Assembly: GCA_025201805.1 (NCBI GenBank)
Contig: MU619263.1
Span: 55,804-119,803, forward strand
Direction of reading: 5' to 3'
DNA: 64,000 bases
From: Parasitella parasitica NRRL 2501
Taxonomy: Eukaryota > Fungi > Mucoromycota
Positions 14,092-26,900 of this stretch are shown here, in pieces (within the stretch, counting starts at the first letter, position 1; the number at the start of each line of letters is the position of its first letter). The notes beneath the pieces are model-generated. The model was not told the DNA's origin, did no database searches, and saw only the letters and a program-made list of their open reading frames with translations. A program made the position numbers and the translations under genes.

Positions 14092-14168
14092 GTTGCCGTA
14101 ACAACTGTGCTGAAATGATGGGCAATATTTAACATCAGGTCCGATCCAGGAACGGTTGTCATGACAAC
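14092..14168. promoter_or_regulatory. Two RFX X-box-like palindromes in the divergent KEX2/CYC8 promoter
   Basis: GTTGCCGTAACAAC (14092-14105) and the perfect palindrome GTTGTCATGACAAC (14155-14168); each is preceded by CCAGGAA(T/C)G; 63 bp period. Confidence 0.55.
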
Positions 14169-14751
14169 GTAGTCAAAAAGTGGTAGCCATGAATACACCA
14201 AATATTACCAAAGATTGTTTCAAATTTATGCTGGTAGTAGTGTTTGACCTGTAAATTCTCGCTTCTTTAACCATTTTATGTTTTAGGACGACCTACAAAT
14301 GCTGCAATCAATGTGCCAAGACCATGTAAAAAAAAATTACAGTTGAGCACAAGTATGTAAGAAATTCATTTGCAACTGAATTTTCTTTATTAAATTGGGC
14401 TTTTGTTGTATATTTTCGTTTAAGCTATGCCTTTTTATTATAATATTTTTATTGATGATAAATGCAACTAACAATGTATGAGAACATTTTACTCATCATT
14501 TTAGTAGCTATTAAACTTTGACAAGATCAAACTCGAGCCCTGATAACCTTATGTGATATTGAATCAGATCGCGATAACTTATAGTCGCCGCCAATTTTTT
14601 TTTAAAATGAATTCTTCTTTCTTCTCTTTCGGCTTTCTTCACTTTTTCCTTTTTCTTCGCTTTCTATTGTTAACATCACCTTAAAACATCCCCTCCCCCC
14701 AAATCGCACATTCAGTAAACAGTAGCGCAAAATTAATATAGCCATAGCAAT

Positions 14752-16642
14752 ATGAATGCAAGCAACAGCGACATGCATTCGCAACAACCTGCGAATACAA
14801 TGCAGAAATTGGCCTTTGTGAATGAGCAAACTTGGATAACTTTTGGTAAGGCCAAAAACACACTGATCAATTTTATAAGGTTTTTAACTGCAAATTGCAG
14901 GAAATCTGGCCGAAATGATGGGTGATCACGACAAGGCCATAAGCAGCTATGAATCAGCTCTTCGACATAACCCTTACTCTATCCATGCGTTGTCTCAAGT
15001 CGCATCAATTTATCGTGCAAAGGAACAATTTGACAGAGTAATATATGATGCACAGCTTTTAAACGTACACTGCGCTAACTATCCTACAGGCAGTAGAATA
15101 TTTTAAGCGAGTTTTAGCAATCCAAGACAGCCATGGCGACACTTGGGCAGGATTAGGGCATTGCTATTTGATGTCTGACAATCTCCAAGAAGCCTACCAG
15201 GCTTATCAACAAGCACTGTATCATCTACAAAATCCCAAAGACCCGAAGCTATGGTATGGGATTGGCATTTTATACGACCGCTATGGTTCATTGGAACATG
15301 CTGAAGAAGCCTTTTCGGCTGTGATGAAGATGGACCCATACTTTGAGAAATCAAATGAGGTCTATTTCAGGCTGGGTATTATTTACAAGCAACAGCGCAA
15401 GTTTGATCCATCATTACAGGTGAGTGCTGTTTGAAAATCGCAGGATGTCTGTTTAATTAAGGCGCACAATAGTATTTTCAACATGTGCTGCAACATCCAC
15501 CCAGCCCTCTAACTGAATCAGACATTTGGTTCCAAATAGGCCATGTCCATGAGCAAAGGAATGAGGTATGTATAGTCTTGGCTGCAGTATAAACTCACCG
15601 TTAACTCTTAATAGTACGACGCTGCAAAAGAGGCATATGAGCATGTGTTATCCGAGAATCCGGATCATGCAAAAGTCTTGCAGCAACTTGGATGGCTCTA
15701 CCACCAGCCTGATACCTCCTTCACTAATCAGAAGCTGGCAGCAGACTTCTTGACAAAATCAATAAGCGCTGATAGCGCAGATGCCCAATCGTGGTATCTT
15801 TTGGGGCGATGTTATATGGCAGAACAAAATTACACCAAGGCCTATGAGTCATATCAACAGGCTGTGTATCGAGACGCCCGTAATCCCACATTTTGGTGCT
15901 CAATAGGCGTATTGTATTACCAAATCAACCAGTACAGAGACGCATTGGACGCTTATAGCAGAGCTATTCGCTTAAACCCTTATATTAGTGAAGTTTGGTA
16001 TGACTTGGGGACTTTATACGAGTCATGCAATAATCAAGTGCAGGATGCGTTGGATGCGTATCAACGTGCGGCTGAACTGGATCCTAATAACGCTCACATT
16101 CAGCAGCGTATTGATTTGCTAAGGAAGCCTGTGAGTGGAAGCGCAGCGCCAGTGCCACAGGATGTAATTAATCCTGGCCAATATGTTCAACATGCGCCTG
16201 GAAGCAGCAGCATGCTTCCTTATGGACAGGTAAGAGCAGTAGTACTGAGTTTGGTTGGTCTAATAACTGACATGATTTTCTCGTTCAGGGACCAAGACAG
16301 GCTCAACATAAGCAACCAGATAACCGTGATATTGCTGAACCTGGACGAGAATTACCAGGTTTATCCGATAATACTGCAAGATCACCCAAGCAGCTGCATA
16401 TTCCTGATATCAACGGTCGAAGATCATCTTTATCGCCACCATCATCTGCCAGTGCCCACATGAACCCAATGGTCATCAATTCCGCCGCAAAAGAAGAGCC
16501 CATCTCACCCAAACCATCCATTGTGAACAGTAACACTGCAGACGAGGAAATGCGAGAGGCTCCGTCTCATCAGCAAGAAGTATTTGCTGCTGTGAAATCA
16601 GAAGATGAAGAGATGAATGATGGCCAAGTAACGGGAAAATAA
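14752..16642 (+). CDS. CYC8: General transcriptional corepressor Cyc8/Ssn6 (TPR repeats)
   Basis: NEQTWITFG, DPKLWYGIGILYDRYGSLEHAEEAF, AQSWYLLGRCYM, AVYRDARNPTFWCSIGVLYYQINQYRDALDAYSRAIRLNPYISEVWYDLGTLYESCNNQ; 5 introns. Confidence 0.95.
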
Positions 16643-16770
16643 ATAGATACTATGTATTATATATAAATATATATATATACTTTTTATTTTATTGTCGTAT
16701 AATCTACTGTACAAAAAGGATGAGTTGTTGAGGATTGTTGTTGCTGTAATAACTGAGTTCTTGAGATGTT

Positions 16771-17413
16771 CTATTCTTTAGTGACGCCATGCTGCTTGAT
16801 AATGTTGGCTTCATAAGGATGCTCACTTCCTGCAAATATCTTTAAGCGGTCCAGACGCACTTGGCGAAGCTTATTCTTCGGTAGCATGCCAGACACTGCT
16901 TTGCGAAGAGGCTACAAGTGTTTTTGGCGTCAATGCCATTTCGCTTCACAAAAAAAAAAAAAAAAAAAAAGATTCATTTCTTTACCTCTGTTGCATCTTT
17001 TGCCTGCAAATTCTCAAATGTGATTTCCTTTAGTCCACCGGGGTGCATGGTATGGTGGCGATATAGCTTCTGCTCGGCTTTTTTTCCTGAAACCAAGATA
17101 TCCTTTGCGTTCAAAACAACGACATAATCCCCACAATCAGCTAAACCACACACACACACACACACGAACAAAACTGTCAATAAATCCTTCTATCTGCAGT
17201 CAACATTAACTTACCAGCAGGGTCGTAGATAGGCTTGTGCTTTCCCATCAAAGTAGTTGCGATATTGGTTGCTAAACGGCCCATCACTCTTTGTTTGGCA
17301 TCAACAACATGCCATACACGAGCATAGGCAAGAGCAGTCTGGAATCAGCAATAATGTTAGCAGTGCGATCCATGAAGGTTGTATTATCTTACATTTCCAA
17401 TAGCTTGAGACAT
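16771..17413 (-). CDS. MRPL23: Mitochondrial ribosomal protein uL13m
   Basis: Spliced product [56 protein letters not shown]...[13 protein letters not shown]...[12 protein letters not shown]; 3 introns. Confidence 0.93.
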
Positions 17414-18081
17414 AATGTATATGATATAGTCAATGTAGACAGGGACAGAAGAAACAAGGGTTTTCTCTATTGGATAACCCCCCAACTGAAAATGTCAAAA
17501 GTTTCGAGCTTGTCGTGACCATCAACGTGACCACATTACACCACCATTGATACGGTACTGTATAGTAAATAGGTTAGATGTGGCATCTGCACTGGAGAAC
17601 AGGTTATTCGTATTTCCAGACAGTTTTCTATCCTGAGCATTGGAACCAGATGGCTTTTTTTTAGGCGATTATCATAATACGCTTAAAGAGACTTCAATTT
17701 GCTTTTTAATCCAATTGTAAGGCTTCTATTGCAAGCGTGCTTGAAAGGCCTATTAGATGGGCAATGAGTACTCGAACAGTCGTTCTGTACAAAGCAGGAC
17801 ACTCAATTTGACGGGATGGGTCAAATAAAACCGGATTTTATACAAAATTTCATGTTAAATGATACTAGCTAGCGTATTCAGTACTCAAATATCGATGCAC
17901 ATATGTTGCTTTTCAACAATTGTAATAATACAGTGCACGATCTTTAACATTTAACGGTGATGCTCTTAATTATCAACTTGATTGGAAGTCATTTTGCTTT
18001 GTAAACCTGACATTAAAAAAAAACATTATTATAGCAATCGAGAAGAGAGGGTATATTTTTTTTTAATACATGGTTTTTATT

Positions 18082-18618
18082 TTAGATTTTGCTTTCAGTT
18101 GCCTTCTTCAAGCGGTCCTTTGCAATCAACATCATGTCAGTGATTCCTATATAAAGCTCCTTGTCACGGTCATTGGCAGCCATGCGCTCCTTGATGATGG
18201 GGATTATTTGATTACGAGGACGTCCATTTACAAACACAACAAATTTAAATCCATATTGATCTTCGTATTGCTGGTTGAGTTTAGCCAGCTCGGCATTGAC
18301 TGCTTCGTCTTGGGCTGATACTTGACCCGAATGTGATGTGTAGCCTTGCTCTTTGAGTGAGTTGGCAGAGAGGCCAACCTTGGAGGCACCAATGCGAGGA
18401 TGAGCGTTCATAACCTCTAATTTCTCTTGCTGTGTGAGATCGGTTCCTAAACAAACCTTCTCGGCATAGTCAATCAGTTGGATATAAGAAGAGAAGGGAC
18501 GAGCATCTAACAAACGCTTGGCGAGAGGAGGCGCTGTCTCGAAAAGAGTGTTAACAGCCTGCACAAAATTCTCGGGCGTTTCCTTGTTCAATTGCTCAAT
18601 AGAGGGAATTGAAGCCAT
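18082..18618 (-). CDS. OHCU decarboxylase (urate/purine catabolism)
   Basis: LFET.P, NAHPRIG, SLKEQ, LNQQYEDQYGFKFVVFVNGR and I..DRL motifs. Confidence 0.9.
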   Translation of the reverse strand: MASIPSIEQLNKETPENFVQAVNTLFETAPPLAKRLLDARPFSSYIQLIDYAEKVCLGTDLTQQEKLEVMNAHPRIGASKVGLSANSLKEQGYTSHSGQVSAQDEAVNAELAKLNQQYEDQYGFKFVVFVNGRPRNQIIPIIKERMAANDRDKELYIGITDMMLIAKDRLKKATESKI

Positions 18619-18835
18619 TTTTATATAATGTGTATGAAAAAGAAAAGAAATGCGATCTTGAATGTTTAAGAGTTAATTTATAGCTACGAGCTGTACTACA
18701 CCCGCCAAGTTCGGATAAACTTTTGGCTTGTCATAAGAGCTTGCTACAACTTTTTATTACTGATTTATTAACATTAGCTCCTGATGCCCATTCACCACTT
18801 AAAAATCAGTTTGGTTTGCTCTATAATTTCAGCAG

Positions 18836-19495
18836 CTAATTCAAAATAGATCGCAGTGCACAAGTGTCAGGTATCCCCTTTTCAGCTAAAAGTTTAAAAG
18901 CGACCCTGATGCAATCTTTGTCCTTGTACTTGTCAACAGCAGAAAGTTCGTCATAAGGTTTATGCTGATTTACAGACCAGTCTGTTATTTCATTTCGAGA
19001 CATCCAAGCTTCATGAACCATATTAGCTAATTTTTCGATATCGAGATTTTTTGCACTATTAGGATCAACTGGTTTTGTAAAATCAAACTCTTTTTCATAA
19101 GTAAGGACAAGATAAACGATATTTTCAGCACTTTCAAGGTTCTCTTTTTGCCAATCTGAAGGTAGATCTTTAAACTTAGTCTTTTGAATATCAACGATAC
19201 CGAGCCTGGAAACGTTTTTTACGTCAAACGGTCTCCCCTCTTTCGCAGCCTTCTCCATCTCCCTTTGACGATTTTTCTTGAACGTCTCCTCAGCAACTTT
19301 TTGCTCCCAGGTAACATTTTTATTTTCATCGGGTGCATAGTTTTCTGGGTTGGTTCCAAGTTGCTTGGCAATCCACTTCATGTCCTTTGTCGTCTTTTCA
19401 CGAGACTCGTACCCGGAAGTCTCCTGCCATTCTGAATGCATTTTGCTAGCGATTTCAAAAATAAAGTTATTAAGGATGATATTAGCTTGAAACAT
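18836..19495 (-). CDS. Intronless stand-alone protein with two RyR-like repeats (bacterial/viral type)
   Basis: Repeat 1 IASKMHSEW...VDIQKTKFKDLPSDWQKENLESA; repeat 2 LANMVHEAWMSRN...HKPYDELSAVDKYKDKDCI, fitting the RyR (PF02026) pattern LA..H..W...PYDELSE.EK..D. TATAAAAA at 19552-19545, 50 nt upstream of the ATG. Confidence 0.7.
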   Translation of the reverse strand: MFQANIILNNFIFEIASKMHSEWQETSGYESREKTTKDMKWIAKQLGTNPENYAPDENKNVTWEQKVAEETFKKNRQREMEKAAKEGRPFDVKNVSRLGIVDIQKTKFKDLPSDWQKENLESAENIVYLVLTYEKEFDFTKPVDPNSAKNLDIEKLANMVHEAWMSRNEITDWSVNQHKPYDELSAVDKYKDKDCIRVAFKLLAEKGIPDTCALRSILN

Positions 19496-20925
19496 GAATT
19501 AAACCAAAGTATTTTTACCAAAGCACCAAAGCACTGAAGCACCCTTTTTATAGTTGAGCCGTCCCATTGTGTTCCTGATGGACTCATTGTTGTATTGAAT
19601 GAATGAGCCCCAATCTATACTTAGGTACGTTGGGCCGTCGTATTGTCATTCTATATTTATGGATGAAACGTATTTCAAATAAACGTTTAATCAAATATGT
19701 TGAAAAAGTTGCGTCAGAAAAGAAATGTGTTTTTTTGACAGTTTGCATTATTGATACCTAAAATGACAGTACATTCTGTTTAGGATACAGATCAAATCTT
19801 AGCGGTAATGTATTATACTCTGTATAATACATCATAAAGCGAGCATGAGTAGAAATGCGTAGAATGGAATGACTTTATTTAGACATGGCAAAGAGACATA
19901 AGTGGTGCCATTGAATGGCGGATCTTTGTCCCAGTACAAAGTGGTGATATCCTATGACATTTGGTTCCTGAGGTCGGTGTTAAATCCTGATGAATGTTCT
20001 TCCATCAAAGCTACTAGGAACAACATCCTATCCTTTATACGTATCTATGCTCTTGTCTTACTGGTAACTCGGAAACTCTTATCCACCAAGCTCCTAGGGA
20101 TTGGTTCAAGGGGTACCCAATTATCCCTCATCCTAGATCATGGTCCTATTGCTGCGGCACTGTCAAATAACTATAAATACCTTCAAAAAACATACACTAG
20201 TTTAAATCTTCATTCAATCTTGGAATAGCAAAATAAATATATTCAGTTCTAATTGTATTTTTCTGGCTATATTTTGTTATTCTAAACACATTCGACTAAT
20301 ATGTGCTGCTACGTTGCAATTATGGTTGAACGTCGAATCAAGGGGAACTTTTTATTGTCATTATTTGACGGATCTATTTACAGAATATCTGCTTTAAAGA
20401 TAATATTTGCCCTGATTTAAAGCGACACAATAAATTATCTATTCTCAAGGAAAACAAAATGCCAAGGCGGAAAGCCATGAATCAAAATTAATGAACTCAG
20501 TGTTAAATGAAAAGGCACAAACTCCAAAATTTTAAAAAGCAGGTAGTATTCGTTACTTTGTTCAAATGCACGCATACTTTTTTGATCGTGGGTATTGGTC
20601 TCATTTTCAAGAGTGCAAAGCTATATACTCAAATCAAGTACAAACCAGTTTGTCATCCCTAGTATTTGCTAAGCTTACATAATATTATCTCTTCAAATCA
20701 GTATTTCTTGATTGAGATCCTCCAAACAATCAAATAGAAATCACATTCCGGTATTAGAAATCAAAGATGCTGCTTTGGCACACAATTAGTACCTCTGGGG
20801 CATGCAACAAGTTTACCCTAAGAATGCCGTGTATTCAAAATTACATCACAAGCTGTAAAAAAACAAAAATTCATGATTGTGTATATTTAAAAATTGAAAT
20901 CAAAAGTAATTTTTATTGCAAACAG

Positions 20926-23900
20926 CTACTCTTCATCTTCATCCATCGATTCATCCTCCTCTTCACTACTTTCACCCTGAGCAACCTCCAGGTCTATATC
21001 CAGCTCTTGATCACAGCCGTTGTAGCTGTCAGACATTAGATACACCTTCATTGTATGCTGGCCAGCCTTGGGAGCCACAAAATCAAGTTTCACTTGCAAT
21101 TTACGCTGTAATGTCACCCTCTTAATAGCCAGCAATGTCTTTGTTTCAGGATCGCCGATAACAATCCACCAGCCTTCATCCTTCTCCTTGGGGAAGAAGG
21201 GTGCGATAACAGGTCCAATGTCATGTTCTTCCTCATCATCATCTTCACGTTCGAGCTGAACTCTAACATTTACGATGCCCCCTGCAGACACAGATTCTTT
21301 ATCGGCAACCTCAAACCCAACTTCAACACTAGGGTATCTATTGACGAAGCGAACTACCTCACGCAATTTGCGTTGATCCATACGGAGACAATCGTTACGC
21401 TTATCCTCATCCAATTCCATAATATCAAACACAGACTCAACTTCATTGGCTTCAAAGCGCTTGATAACTTCACTGGTGAAATAAGGAATCTGCTTGAGAG
21501 GTGAATCGCGATCCCACATGGCTTGGACAGACATCTGTGACAACTCCATAGCAGCTAAAGCAGGCGACAACCAGCCATTGGAAGAGATGACATCCACACA
21601 GGCCTGTAAAAGAGGAATCACCTTTTCAACAATGACGTTTTGATCAGATTGAAGGTCTGGGGGTAATTGGACACGAGAGAAATGCGCTTGTAGCAAAATG
21701 TTGGTCTTGATTCTCGGTGTGTTAAATTTGGGCGTTGCTAACTTGGCAGGCACACGATCATAGATTCGCTTCAACACCGCCTCCTCATGATGACGAATGG
21801 GGATGTTGTCAAACTCTGTTGCAGAAGACACGATTTCCAAAAGACCTCTGAGCTTGGTAGTGTTTTTCAAACTGACACTAAACATATCCACAGTCGTATA
21901 GTTGATATTGTAGTAAGCAGCAATCATACCTAAATTGAGAGGGCTGATATCCATCTCATCTTCAATGGTGATACATTTGGTTTCCTCCAGATCCGTAAGA
22001 GTGGTTTCAACAAGCTCTGAAAGATGGTCAGACAAATGACGATGCGAAGTACCTTGCAGACCGTAGTAATTGGGGTTGTGTGCCATACGCCTGTACAAGA
22101 ACGTCCAAGTGAGATAATCGACCGCATCTTGCTTATTTTCAATAGTCTTGGTAACAATTTCAGCGTTGAAATGGTCGTGTAAGAGCTGATCTAGATGAGA
22201 CTCAACAGGCAGAGCTTCATACAGGAACTTCTTGTAGAATTCCTTCTTGTTAGGTTGACACATCAAGACACATTTACCAGTTTCGTCGACATTAGGACGG
22301 CATGCACGACCCATCATTTGTAAGACATCGGTAATGGGGTAGTCAGCATAGCGATGCTCTTTGCCCTCAAAGTATTGTGTGCCCATGATAACGACCATAT
22401 GAGAATGGAGAGTAAGGCCCCAACAAGTATCACGAGAGGCAATGACAACTTGAATAGCACCCGTCTCGTAAAGTTGCTCGACAATCTTCTTGTCCTGCTT
22501 GGAAAGTGCCTCGTGATAGAAGCCGATACCGTGCTGCAGAGTCTCAACCAAAGATTTGTCCTGCACACGATCCAACAAGGATTGGATTTCCTCCAATTTG
22601 CAGTGCAAGAATTGATGAGGCTTGTCATCGGCAACACAGTACGTGATCAGATCAACAGCTGTCAATTTGCATTGCTTTCTAGACGGCACAAACACGATAG
22701 AAGGCTTGTTGTTGGCGTAAGCAGTGATCGCAAGGTAAGTGGGCTTTGCCATAGCGATCATGAGCGAAGCAAAATGAGGAACATTGTAGCTTTGAATATG
22801 GATTTCCAAGGGAACAGGACGCACAGAAGGATGGAAATTGAACACGGTCTGAGAGGTTGCACCAATCCATTCACCTAAATCACGAGCATTAGCAAGAGAA
22901 GTGCCCATAGCAACAATACGAATCGCCTTTTGGGTTTGAGAGGCTATATAACGCATTCTTGACACAATTACTTCGTAGGTTGGGCCAAGGTCACCGCCAA
23001 TCATATGAACTTCGTCAGCAATGAAAAGATCCACATTCTGGACATTCTTTCTTTGCTTCCAACGGCGAGAGATGACATCCCATTGAGTCGGGGTAGAGCA
23101 AATAATATCACCACGCTCCAACAGCCTCAAATCAGCACTAGTTTCGCCAGTCAATGCAACGACTACTTTGTTGAGTTTACCAAACTTTTCAGCCCATTCC
23201 GCAACACGCTCATCAACTAATTCTTGGTAAGGAGCAATGTAGATAGCACGTGCATCGCTTGTCTGGTTCCATAGATGGAGAAGAGCAAATTCTGCACAGA
23301 TTGTTTTGCCAGAGCCAGTGGGAGCACCAATAAAGGCATTCTCATTAGTGGTGTACAAGGCATTGAAAACTTGAGTCTGCACAGGATTGAAGTGGTTGAT
23401 CCAAGCAGAGTAGAGTTTTTCATATTCAGGGTTGTTCAAACCAGAGATGGGCAATGGTTGGAGATCATGCAGTTCCGTGTGAGGCGCATACTTTTCTGGC
23501 AGAATCAAGTGCTTGAAAGACACAGGCAGCTTGGTTTCACAATGCAACCATCGATCAGCAACAATGGTGACATAGTAGTTGGGAGGCAGGGGCTCAAAGA
23601 GAGGCACCGTAAACGACACCAAATGCTCTTCTTCCGCATATCTTTGCTTCAGGACGAAATAATCATGATGCAAAATATGCTCACCATCGACATCCTCAAC
23701 CAAAATCCAGAACGCTTCAGCCAAGCCATGCACTTTTTCGTCCCATTGGAAATCAGGAGTGATAGTCAGTTCCACCTTGAGCAAAGAGCGAGTAACAGGC
23801 TGTACATGAGCTTGGAGATCCAGCTTGGGGAATTGATGAACAAATTTGTGTAAATTGCGGCCCGCCTTTGGTTGACCGATGAGCTCACCAAGTTCTTGTG

Positions 23901-26900
23901 GATTCAAGTCAAAGTATCTCTCCCAAGGGAACTCCTTGCGTTCCAAACGGCGAACAATATCCTGCGGCATAGCTTTGAACTGGCGCAAGGGAGACATGGG
24001 CAACCACATGCGCTTCTCCACCATTTTGCACAGATTCAAAGCCTTCTTGGTCAATTGAGCCCAACCACGTTTCAAACAGATTTCAAACATGGCGCGGATA
24101 ATACGGCCAGCGCTCTGGGTAACATAAACCATGTCAGACGTCAAAGCAAAGCCATCCAGTTTGAGTTGAGATATGTAAGCTTGCAACAAAACGTTGATTT
24201 TGGCTGTGGGTTCTTCAAGACTCTCCTTTACGGGCACAGGCACACGTTCAAGCAGCTTTTGTAATTCCATCTTTTCCTCCTCGCGAACAGGGATATATTT
24301 GAATTCGTCAGAGAGTGCAAAGACGCGGAAAAGCTCGATTTCGCTCATCATGGGGCGCAAGTGTTGGTTGTAAGTAGACATGGAGTGATGCGTGACATAA
24401 TAATGAGAGGCAATGCGACCCAGTTCAGTCACCTGGAAACGGCCAGACTTTTTGTCATACTTGATGAGGTTGCACTTGTCCAAGACTGAAGCTGCTGAAT
24501 GGATCAGATCAACGCGCTTTTGCTCTAAATGAGGATCGTCTTCGATGTCGTCTTGAGAAATATTGTACAGTGAGGGGTTGCGAAGCATACGAACATAAAG
24601 ATATGTGTAACCCAGCCATTGAACAGCTTCATCACGGTTTCTGATAGATCCTAGCACAATTTCAGCATTGAGGTTGTCTGCCAAACGAGAAACAAATTGA
24701 GATTCGATAGGAAGCTGTGTGTTCAAAAGCGACAAGTAATACTGCAATTCTGAATGAGCAGTAATGATGATACCCTCGCCATACGTATCGAATTGTGGAC
24801 GACCAGCACGACCCAACATTTGGAGGACATCTTGAGGAGAGAGCTCAACCCAGCGACCCTTTTCTGGCGAATATATTTGCGTCCCCTTGATGATAACAGC
24901 ATGAGCAGGTAAATTAACACCCCAAGCAAGAGTAGCCGTGGAGCAAAGCACCTTGATATGACCATCAGCAAACAGCTCTTCTACAAGCGTTCGGTCAGCA
25001 CGAGTCATGCCAGCATGATGAATAGCAAAGCCATAAGGCAAAAGGTCTTGTAGGTTAGCGTCCTTGACAGTAGCAGCTTCTGATTGCAAAATTTCACGAC
25101 TAGCAGAATCTTGCTTCAAGAAGCGAGTAATTGTATCCTTGTCCAAAGCCATGTCACGAAGAGTCTTTGCAGTCTTGGCAGTCTCCTTGCGAGAATGAGC
25201 AAACACAAGCACCTGATTCTCTTCCCTTTGATCAATTTGTTCAATCACCTTTTCATAGCACACTTCATTCATAGTTTGGAAACGCTTGATGGCCTTCTTC
25301 TCAGTGATGCCGATGAATTGCTGTTTCAGGGGACAAGGGCGGAAAGAGCTGTCAAAATGGAACAATCCAGTTTTGTTGTTAACACGCAAGAAAGCTGCAA
25401 CGTCGACGTAGTTGGGTAAAGTAGCTGACAGACCAACAAGACGCACAAGCTCTTGAGTTTGCTCCATGTTGCGAATAGTACGTGAGATGATACTCTCCAG
25501 GACGGGTCCACGATCGTCATGCAACAAGTGAATTTCATCAATGATGATAAGGCGTACTAGAGACGTATAACTACGATCAGTGGCTTTGCGAGTAATGACA
25601 TCCCATTTCTCTGGCGTTGTAACAATGATTTGTGTTTCGGCAATCTGTTGCTTGGTAAGTTGTCGATCACCAGTTAGCTCGGCAACACTGATACCATAAG
25701 GCTTGAGACGTTGGCTAAAGTTGCCAACCATTTCAGCAACCAGGGCCTTCATTGGGGCGATGTATACAATTTTGAATGCATCCAAATCAATCAAACCAGT
25801 TTCAGGGTCGCGATTTTTACCCATCTCATGCAGAATAGTAAGCATCGCAACGTTGGTTTTACCAGCACCAGTAGGAGCACACAACAAAAGATTCTCATCA
25901 CTGCCAAAAGCAGTAGGGTAGAGTCTGCTTTGGACACGATTAAGAGTGGTTGGACCAACAAAGGCCTCTTGAGCCCATTCAGGCATGGATTTGATTGGCA
26001 CGAGCTTCTCCCCAGTAGCAAATTGCTCGGGTTTGGGTGCAGGTACATGAATCTCCTCATAGCCCTTCTTGGAGCGTTTAAAAGACCCGTCGGGAAGTTT
26101 GACCTTTTTGTTGGACATGAGGTGAGAGCCTTGCTCAAAGGCGAGATCGTCTAAATCAATTAGTTGACGTGGGGCAACCGTAGTGCCTGGTGTAATTGTC
26201 ACTGTAGTGGGCAGTTGTCCACGGCTGCGATTAGTGACTGATTCCTCCTTATCAATCTCCATAGCTGTATCAACAACTCCCTTTCTTTCCAGCGCTTCAC
26301 CACGGCGTTGACGATCGCCACTAAGGATACGCAAGATCCAGCTCAAATTTCTGTCCTCCATTTCTTTTTCTACAGCAGTTTTATCCGCACCATCTACACG
26401 AGCAAGACGTGTACACCAGTAGATGAGGTCGCGGTTCTTGGTGAGGATTCGAACGAGGTCAAATTTATCATAGTCAAACAAGCCCATCAATTCGTTTTCG
26501 CAATCACGAATATCAATCTTTTCAGATCCCAGAATGTCGAATGCCTGTACAGTTTTTTCTTGAGCAGTGTGCGCATCAGGGTACTGAGCAGCAATCTGGC
26601 GCTGAAGCCAGAAGGCATCAATGTCATGTGGAAAAATGGAATCATCATCTTGAGAAGAATCCGCTTTCTTGTGTGCTTTTTTCTTGCCCTTTTCTTGTCC
26701 AGGAAGAACTGTTTTGAAGCCATCCTCTTCGTCTGTTGACTCAGGCTCTTCCTCGTCTTCAGCAGCTGGAGCAGCGGTTTCTTCATCTCCATCCTCCTCT
26801 TCGTCGTCTTTCATTTCATATTGATCGTCTTCTTCTTCTTCATCGTCATCGTCATCAAAGACAACAGCAACACCAAGTTCATCATCAATTTCCCCGACTT

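Noticed and set aside
17600-17662. Hairpin-like segment ending in a T-run (possible Pol III ncRNA)
   Set aside because: No tRNA, snRNA or snoRNA box motifs recognised; stems are short.
5301-18618. Purine-catabolism cluster (Dal5-like permease plus OHCU decarboxylase)
   Set aside because: 11 kb apart with five unrelated genes between them; Dal5-type MFS families are large and the substrate is unknown.
19902-20228. 108-aa GTG-start ORF upstream of the RyR-like gene
   Set aside because: No ATG and no recognisable domain on either strand; possibly a decayed relic.
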